A stretch of 64,000 nucleotides of DNA. It comes from an uncultured Planctomycetaceae bacterium. Its GTDB lineage: Bacteria > Planctomycetota > Planctomycetia > Planctomycetales > Planctomycetaceae. Shown in pieces: positions 48,901 to 57,900 of the stretch. The stretch spans positions 62,001 through 126,000 of the forward strand of contig CAXBME010000008.1 of NCBI GenBank assembly GCA_963976765.1. Direction: 5' to 3'. The position numbers and the translations under genes are program-made. Numbering within the stretch: position 1 is the first letter of the stretch; each line of letters opens with the position of its first letter. The notes beneath the pieces were generated by a model. That model saw only the letters and a list, made by a program, of their open reading frames with translations. It was not told the DNA's origin and made no database searches.

Positions 48901-51900
48901 TCTTTGTGATTAATGGGACACTGGGTGGCAACGTGGATGCTGGTGGTGGAAACGACACCATTTCATTCAGCAATAGCGGAAGCGTGGCAGGAGTCATCAA
49001 TGGTGGTTTCGGGTTCGACATCCTTATTGGTGACGATAATGCGAACGCGTTTGTAATCAGCGGTGCGAATTCTGGAACGTTGACCGGGAAGTTCAGCTCG
49101 TTCCTGAACGTTGAAACGCTTTCCGGAGCGGGCGGAGACGACTCGTTCACCTTCACCGATTCCGGAAATTTGAATGGTCTGGTCATCGGTGGCGATGGCA
49201 ACGATACGATCGTCGGCGATGAAGACGGCAACATCTTTGCAGTCAGTGGGGTGAACGCTGGCGTTCTGTTCGGAAAGACCAGTTCATTCAGCGAGATCGA
49301 GAATCTGTTTGGTGGGGCCGCCGCAGACTCGTTCTCTGTGACGGGCAGCTTGTCCGGAAATATTGATGGGCGAGCCGACAGCGATATCTTCAGCATACTG
49401 AGTGGGACAACTGTCGGTGGAACTGTGTCTGGGGGTACTGGCGACGATCTGTTTACGATCACTGGTACAGTCGTGGGGCGAGTGCTCGGAGGACTGGGTA
49501 ACGACACCTTTAACCTCAACGCTGGAGCGAGCATTTTTGCGGGAGCATCCAGCAGTTCTGCTGGCCCGAACGGTGTTGATGGCGGAGCAGGCAACGACAC
49601 CTTCAACGTCAACGGTGCATTGACCGCAACCCTCGATGGTGGCGCGGATATCGACACCATTCTTGGCCCGAACGGCGCAACGATTACGATTACCGGCGTC
49701 GGTCAGGGGACAATTATTCCTGGCTCTTCGGGCGGGTTCTTCAACATGGATTCGATCCAGGGGTCGGCAGGATCCGAGACGTTTATTATTGCTGGTGATT
49801 TTGGCGGGGATCTGAACACTGGCGATGGCGATGACAATGTCACCATTCAGTCTGGTGGGTCAGTCAACAGCATTAACACCGGCAATGGCAATGACACGGT
49901 CGTTCTGGAAGACGGTTCAACCGTCAATGGAAACATCGACCTGGGCGCTGGAAATGACAGTCTCTCGATTGCGGATCAGGCAACGTTTGACGGAATCATC
50001 AACGGCGGAACAGGTGACGACATTGTCACGATCGACTTCTCGACGACGACTCCTGGCCAGCCTAGAGCCATTACCTTCAACGGCGGTGCAGGTAATGACG
50101 ATCTTGTGCTGACTGGTGGCGGAGCAGCTTCAACGGTCGACTACACCGTTGGTCCAAATGCTGACGAAGGAACGATCGTCACCGACCTTGATGGTAATGC
50201 CGGAACGATGACCGATCGTCAGACGATTACTTTCACCGGACTCGAACCAGTTGAAGATACTCAACTAGCGGCCACGTTTACGATTAACGGTTCAGCCGGC
50301 AACAACACGATCAACGTAATCGATGGTCCTGGCGGTCTGAACGAAGTTAACTTTAACGGAGCCTTCGAGCTTGTCCGGTTCAGCAACAAGACAACGGTCG
50401 AAGTCAATGGACTCGGCGGAGCTGACACGATTAACCTGAATTACACGTCCGGATCGGCCACGTTCAACGCGTTGAATGTGAACGCGGGAGCGGGCAATGA
50501 CACGGTCAATGTCCAGGCAAGCCATCTCGGCAGCATCGACGGTGGTGATGACACCGACCAGATTATTCTGAGCAATGGCGTCACGGTCAGCGGTACTGTG
50601 AGCGGCGGAAGCGGCACCGACACGCTGAACTACGCCGCGTTCACTTCGGATATTGCTGTTAACCTGGCAATGCAGTCGGCAACCTCGATCAATGGTGGAG
50701 CTGCTGCTGGTATTTCCGGGATTGAGAGTCTGCGAGGGGGTTCAGGCAGCGACTCACTGACCGCTGAAAACAATGCCAATGCCATCAACATTACGGGGGC
50801 AAACGCTGGCAACATCGATTCGACGTTCTCGTTCTCCTCTGTTGAAAACCTGACAGGTGGCTCGAACGCCGACTCCTTCAATTTCAGCAATGGAGCGAGC
50901 GTTGCCGGAACGGTCAACGGTGGATCGGGCGGAACGGACACGTTGAACTTTGGAGCCTATACAACGGCAGTCTCGGTCAACCTTCAGACTTCCGCGGCGA
51001 CGGGAATCAACGGTGGAATGATGGCCGGATTCTCGAACATCGATTCGATTACTGGCGGCTTTGCTGCTGACTCCATCACCGGACCGGATGCGAACCAGAC
51101 ATGGACAATCAACGGCAGCGAGTCAGGTAACGTGGCTTCAGTTGACTTCAGTGAGTTTGAATCGCTGAATGGCGGCTCGGGTGACGACACCTTTGCCTTC
51201 AATGACGGTGTTGCTCTGGACTTCTCGATTAACGGTGGTGCTCAGTCGACTGCTGATACGGTGACGTTTGCGGCTTCGACGTCGGGGGTTTCTGTCGACG
51301 TGAGTCGGCTGACGGGTATTGAAGCGCTGGTTGGTTCCGGTAACAGCGACACGCTGGTTGGGACGTCGGGCGACGACATCTTCGACGTGACCGCTGCAAA
51401 CTCGGGAACGATCAACACAAGTACTGCGTTTGCCAGCTTCGAAAATCTCACCGGCGCTGGCGGTAACGACCAGTTCCTCTTTGAGGAAGCCAGCAGTCGC
51501 ATTGATGGCAATGTTGACGGGCAGGCCGGGACGGACACGCTCAGCTACGCAGATAATCCTGGGGGCTTTGCAAACATCACTCTGAACGGAATCGGCACCA
51601 GCGGTTACGGCGGGATCGAAGCGGGTCTTTCCAGCCTGATGGCTTTCTCCAATGTTGACTCGCTGGTGGCAACATCGTCAGGAAACGACTTTATTGGTGG
51701 ACTGAATCTTGCTTCGACCTGGGTCGTGACTGACACGACTGGCTCGTACGCAGCGACGGGCGGATCGACTCTGAACCTGTCGGCCTTCGAGTTGTATTCA
51801 GGCGGATCGGCGGCGGACACGTTTAATGTCAGCGGTACGCCGACGGCAAACTTGAGCGGCCAGGAAGGCGACGACGCCTTTATCTTTGCCACCGGCGCGA

Positions 51901-54900
51901 GTGTGACCGGAACTATCTTCGGCGGCACCGACAATGACACGCTGAGCTTTGCGGCCAGCACGACGGATGTCACCGTCTCTCTGACGGCAGTCAACGCTGG
52001 CGACGGCGGGTTTAACGGAACGACAGGACTGGCGAGCGGCGGATTCCAGAGCATCGACACAGTTGCCGGCGGTACCGGAGACGACACTCTGAACGGTCTG
52101 GCGTCAACAGCCGGTGTCTGGACGGTCGACGCCACAAACACCTACGTTTCAACAAACACGCTTCAGTTCTCCGGCATGGAAAACCTGACCGGCAGCTCAG
52201 CCGCTGATACGTTTAACGTGAATGTTTCGGCGACCGTCGACATCGACGCAGGTGACGACGCTGACCAGTTCAATGTAGCCAGCGGAGCGGTCATCACAGG
52301 GTTGCTTGCTGGTGGAGCGGGAGCGGACAACTTCGACTTTAACGGAGTCATCGCGTTGCCGACGCTCGATGGCGGCTCGGGCGGTGACACGCTTGACCTG
52401 GCTGGCGGAACCAACGCCATCAACCTGTCGCTTAACGATGCGACGAACATTGAAACTCTGATTGGAACCGGACAGAGCGACACTCTGACGGGAACATCTG
52501 GGGATGACTCGTTCAACGTGACGGACAATAACGGCGTCGACAACGGAACGGTAAACAGTGCCGTCTTCACCTCGTTCGAGAATCTGGCAGGAGCGGACGG
52601 AAACGACAGCTTCCAGTTCCAGAATGGTCTGGGCCTGAGTGGCGGAATCGACGGCGGAGCTGGTTCAGACGTGATCGACTACTCGCAGTATTCAACTGGC
52701 GTCACCATTAACCTGTCGGCCGGGATTTCGACCAACATCGCTGGTGGTATTGCGAATATCGAAAATGCGATCGGTGGCCAGACCGGCGACACACTGACGG
52801 GATCAGCAGCTGATAACTCACTGACTGGTGGCCTTGGCGATGACGTCTTCTTTATCACCGACGGCGGGGCAGACATCGTCGACGATGGAGCGGGCAGCGA
52901 CACAATCAACTTCTCGCTGGCAACCGGACCGATCACGATCGATCTGGATTCTTCGAGTGTTCAAACTGTACGAACGGGACAGACCGTGACACTCGACGCT
53001 GACGGCATTGAAAACTTTGTCGGCAGCAGTGCAGACGACGTGGTACGGGCAGCAATCCTTGGTGCTGGGCCACGCTCGATTGACGGCGGTGGTGGTTCTG
53101 ACCGTTACGAAACAACGTCAAATTCTTCCAACAGCTGGACGATCAACGGCTCAAACGCCGGGCAACTTGGGACTGTTAATCCGGTTTCCATTACGTCGGT
53201 CGAAAACCTGGCCGGTGGCACAAGCGATGACACGTTCAACTTCGTCGATGGTGGCGACATCACCGGAATCATCAACGGGAACGACGGTGGTGACGTTGTT
53301 TCGTTCGCTGCTCCACGGACTCAGGCGGCGAACGTCAATATCGGTCGGCTGGTGAGCATTGAAACGCTGGTCGGTAGCGTTGCGGACGACACGTTGACGG
53401 CGGCAGCTGGCGGAACCGACTTTGTGGTGAACGCCGCGAATGCCGGTACCGCCGACGCGATCGTGTTCAGCAGCTTCGAAAATCTCGCTGGTGCTGCTGG
53501 CAACGACTCGTTCACCTTTAACGCGGGCGGATCGCTCGCCAGTGCCGTTGATGGTGGTGCGGGATCAAACTCGCTGGTGCTTACCGACGGTGACGATGTC
53601 ATCGACCTGTCGGGGGTTTCAGCATCCGTTGGCTACTCAGGGACTGCAGCCGGCACGACCGACTTTGCGAACATTACGTCGATCGATGCTCGCCTTGGCG
53701 GCAACGTTCTGACCGGTCTGGATCTGACGGCCAGCTGGACAATTGCCGCTGCCGGTACCTACACAACAGGAACGTCACCGAACGAGCGGACGTTAAACTT
53801 CACGAACCTCGATACGGTTCGTGGCGGTTCAGGAGCGGACAGCTTCACACTGGACGAAGACCTGTTGATCGTTGTGGATGGTCGCGGGGGACTTGATTCA
53901 CTGCATGTTACAAACGATACGGTTGAGATTACGGGACCGATTACGGCTGACGGTTTCAGCGGCACAGTGAATCGGAGTGTCGGGTCGAATCGAGTGGACT
54001 TTGACGGGATTAACTCAGTCGTCGGCGAGTCGGGCACCAACACTCTGCAACGAAGCACTGGTGGCAAAAATGCGGTGTGGACGCTCAATCCAACGACAGG
54101 AAACTCGTACGCGGAAGCAGAAACGGCGACCACCACGGTAAGGACTCTGGCCTTTAGCGGAATGCTGAATCTGATCGGTGGCGACGCCAACGACACTTTC
54201 AACATCAACGGTTCAAACGCTGTTAATATCACTGCCGATGGTGGCGACGACGTCTTCAACTTCCTGGATAACGCTGCCGAAATCACCGGGACCATCGACG
54301 CCGGTGCCGGGAACGATACGCTTAGCTTTAGCGGGGTAACCAACTCGGTCACTGTCGATCTGGGGACATTAACTGCGTTCGAAACGGTCATCGGCGGAAG
54401 TGGTAACGACACTCTGATTGGTACTAGTGTCGCCAATCAGTTCAACATTACCTCAGCCAATGCAGGGGCGGTGGCGGACCTCGGCGTCAACTTCCAGAGC
54501 TTCGAAACGCTGCAGGGAGCTGCCGGCAACGACACGTTCACTCTTTCGAACGGTGCTACGGTTGGTCGAATCGATGGTCAGTCGGGTAGCGATGTGATCA
54601 ACCTGACTGCTTACACAACGGCGCGCAATGTCGCTCTGACCGGTTCGGCAACGAACGGATTTAATGGAACAGAAGCCGCCGTTGGCACGTTTGCCGGAAT
54701 TGCGACCATCAATCTGAACAGTGGTGTCAGCGGCAACACTCTGGCAGGGCTCAATAACGACTCGGTCTGGGATCTGGACGCCACGCCAACTTACACCAGC
54801 TCTTCCCGCGTGTTGAACTTCAGCGGTGCCGGAGCAATCACCGGTGGAAGTGGTAAGGACATCTTCAACGTCGGAGCTGGTGGAGCCACACTGAATGTCA

Positions 54901-57900
54901 ACGGTGGTGCCGGAGCTGACCGACTCGTGCTGGCTGATCAGCAAATCTTGACGGGTAGTTACGACGGTGGAGAAGGATTCGACACGATTGACCTGTCGGC
55001 TTACACAACATCCACGACGTTTACGGCGACAGACCACGGCACCAACAACGGCTTTATGCTGACTTCGACGGGAATCACCGGAACTGCCGACAACGTTGAC
55101 ACTGTTATCGGTGGGTCGGCTGTGGATCAGATTGTCGGTTTGAATCAGCAGTCTTCCTGGTCGCTCAGCACGATTGACGACACTCTGGACCAGTACTTCA
55201 CGCAGTTCACTGATCCAGGGACGGGGCAGGAGTTTGGCCGAACGCTGTTTGCTACCGGCATTGAGACACGAAACGGCGGCAGTGATGTAGACACCTTCAC
55301 ATTGCAGATGGACCGTCTGGTGGCGGGCGTGACTCACACGGTTAATGGGAACGGCGGAAACGATGTTTACCTGCTTGAGTTCAATGCGGGGACTTCGTTC
55401 AGTGGTACATCCAACCTTGTGATTAACGGTGGTGATCCAGGGGCCGACATCGACAATCTGGATACCTTGCAAATCTTCGTTGACAAGCTTGGCGAGATCG
55501 CTCGGTCGATTGGCGTGACTTACGATTCAGCAGCCAGTGGCGACGTCAGTGTTACCGGCCTCGGCGGTGCGTCGGCTCTGGATATCAACACGATTGAGAC
55601 GCTTGAGATCATCGGTGACTCAGCGAACGACGATGACGTCACTGTCACCACGACGGCAGGGGCCGATATGGTGACGGTGGTGCCGGCTGCCAACGGTGCT
55701 CAGGTCTTCCTTGGCGGGACCAGTGCTTTGCCGGGAGTTGCTGGCGGTTCGACCGGACCGGATATCACCATCAGCGGTGTGACCAACGTGGCTGGTGTCT
55801 CGGTGAACGGCGCTGCTGGCAGCGACACGTTGATTTACGACGGGTCACCAACGGTGACTCCAAGCGGCCCAGGGGCCGGCACGCTGACTTCAGCCGGACT
55901 GGCCGATGTCGTTTACAGCGGGTTCGAGACAGTCGACGCTACAGGGGTTCTGAGCTTCACGATCGGTGCGACAGTCGCCGCTAACGATGGAACGGCTGAT
56001 TCGTATAACGTTTCGATCGAGTCGGGACTGCTCGAAGTCAACGTCAACGGAAGCGTTGTGCTGCAACAGGATGTTGCGACGATTGACCAGCTTGTGATTC
56101 AAGGATCGAACGACGACGACACGCTGACGGTGGATTACTCAAACGGTAGCCCGGTTCCAGTTGGCGGGTTGACCTTTAACGGTGGCGGCCAGACTACGGC
56201 AGCCGGCGACGCTCTGGTTGTCATTGGAGCTGGGATCGGATCAGGCAGCAGCGGTACCTACACTCCAAGTGCCACAACAAATGGCGACGGTGTTGTGTCG
56301 ATCGATGGCTCAACGATCACGTTCACGGGACTTGAGCCGGTAACCGTTTCTCAGATTACGACGTTCGCCTTCGTAACTCCGAATGCGGTTGACGCAATCG
56401 TCATTGACAGTCCAGCTGCTGGCCAGAACCGAGTCAGCGGGACCAGCGGTGGTGTGACCTTCGAATCGTTGATCTTCAGCAATATCGCCAACTTTACGCT
56501 GGACGCTGCAACCAACGATGTCGATTCGGCGTCGGGCGACAGCATCACCTTTACGTCAGACCTGCTTGCTGCTGGTCTGGCGTCGATGTCGGTCAACGGC
56601 GGGCTCGGCAGTGACACTATTGATGCTTCGGCAGTCACTTCGCTCGGCGTTTCGCTCAACGGCGGAAGCGGTGACGACACTCTGGTGACAGGTGGCGGCA
56701 ACGATTCAATCGACGGCGGTGCCGGGACTGACACTGTTCGTCAAACCGCTAATGGCACCCAGACGTTGACCGCCGATACGCTGCTGACTGGTAACGGGAC
56801 AGACACGCTGTCCGGGATCGAACGAGCCGATTTGATCGGTGGTACGGGGGCCGACCTGATCTCTGTCGCCGGATTTACGGGGCAGGCAACACTCAGCGGT
56901 CTGGGGGGCGATGACACACTGACGGGCGGTGCCGGCAATGATTCGCTCGACGGCGGATCAGGCAGCGACACGGTCCTGGATGTGGGGGCTGCAGGGTACG
57001 TTCTAACGACTTCGCAGTTGACCGGTTCCGGGACCGACAGTCTGACCAGCATCGAAAACGCCAATCTGACGGGCGATGCTTCGGCTAACACGATTAATGC
57101 ATCAGGCTTTGCAGGAACGGCCACGACTCTCAGTGGTGGAGCGGGTAACGACACGATTACCGGCTCGTCCGGTCAGGACAGCATCGAAGGCGGCGACGAC
57201 GACGATTTGCTTTCGGGAGCCGCTGGAAATGACACCATCGGCGGAGGGGCGGGTAACGATCTGCTGCTCGGTGGAAGCGGCAACGACATGCTGACTGGCG
57301 ATGCTGGTGATGACACTGTCGACGGTGGGTCAGGTAGCGACCAGATGAACGGCGAAGGCGGCACAGATGTGGTTCAGGCATCGGGTAGTCTGAACTACAC
57401 CGCAACGGACTCACAGATTTCCAATGGAACCGACATCGACACTTACTTTGAGTTTGAATTCCTGTCGATCGTCGGTGACTCAGCTGCAAACAACATCGAC
57501 GCCAGTGCGGTCACGATTCCGACGATGCTGGATGGCGGATTTGGAAACGACACCATCACCGGCGGGGCAGGTAACGACACGATCTTTGGTAATCAGGGCA
57601 TGGATTCAATTAACGGTGGAGCCGGAGACGACAACATCGACGGCGGTGCCGACAACGATACCCTGGTGGGTGGAGCAGGAACGGACACGCTGAGTGTCAC
57701 TGCAAATACCACGCTGACGATCGGAGCGAATCAGACGACCGGCAACGGCACCGACACCTTCAGCGAATTCGAGCAGGCGATTCTGACGGGCGGCGTTGGC
57801 AATAACCGGCTCGACGCTTCCGGAGCCACATTCAACGTGACGTTGCAGGGACTTAGTGGCGACGACACGTTGCTCGGTGGAGCCGGCGACGATTCGCTCG

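Larger units (their letters stand above)
24513..50015 (+). repeat. Six ~3.4-3.5-kb degenerate super-repeats of RTX-like beta-roll units forming the stalk
   Basis: The marker '(P/N/D)D-x-I...E-x-x-x-N...F-x-P' starts at 24513, 29157, 32661, 36165, 39540 and 44772. Each unit is built from ~60-aa subrepeats 'F..IENL.GG...D.F.F...G.L.G.I.GG.G.D'. Confidence 0.75.
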
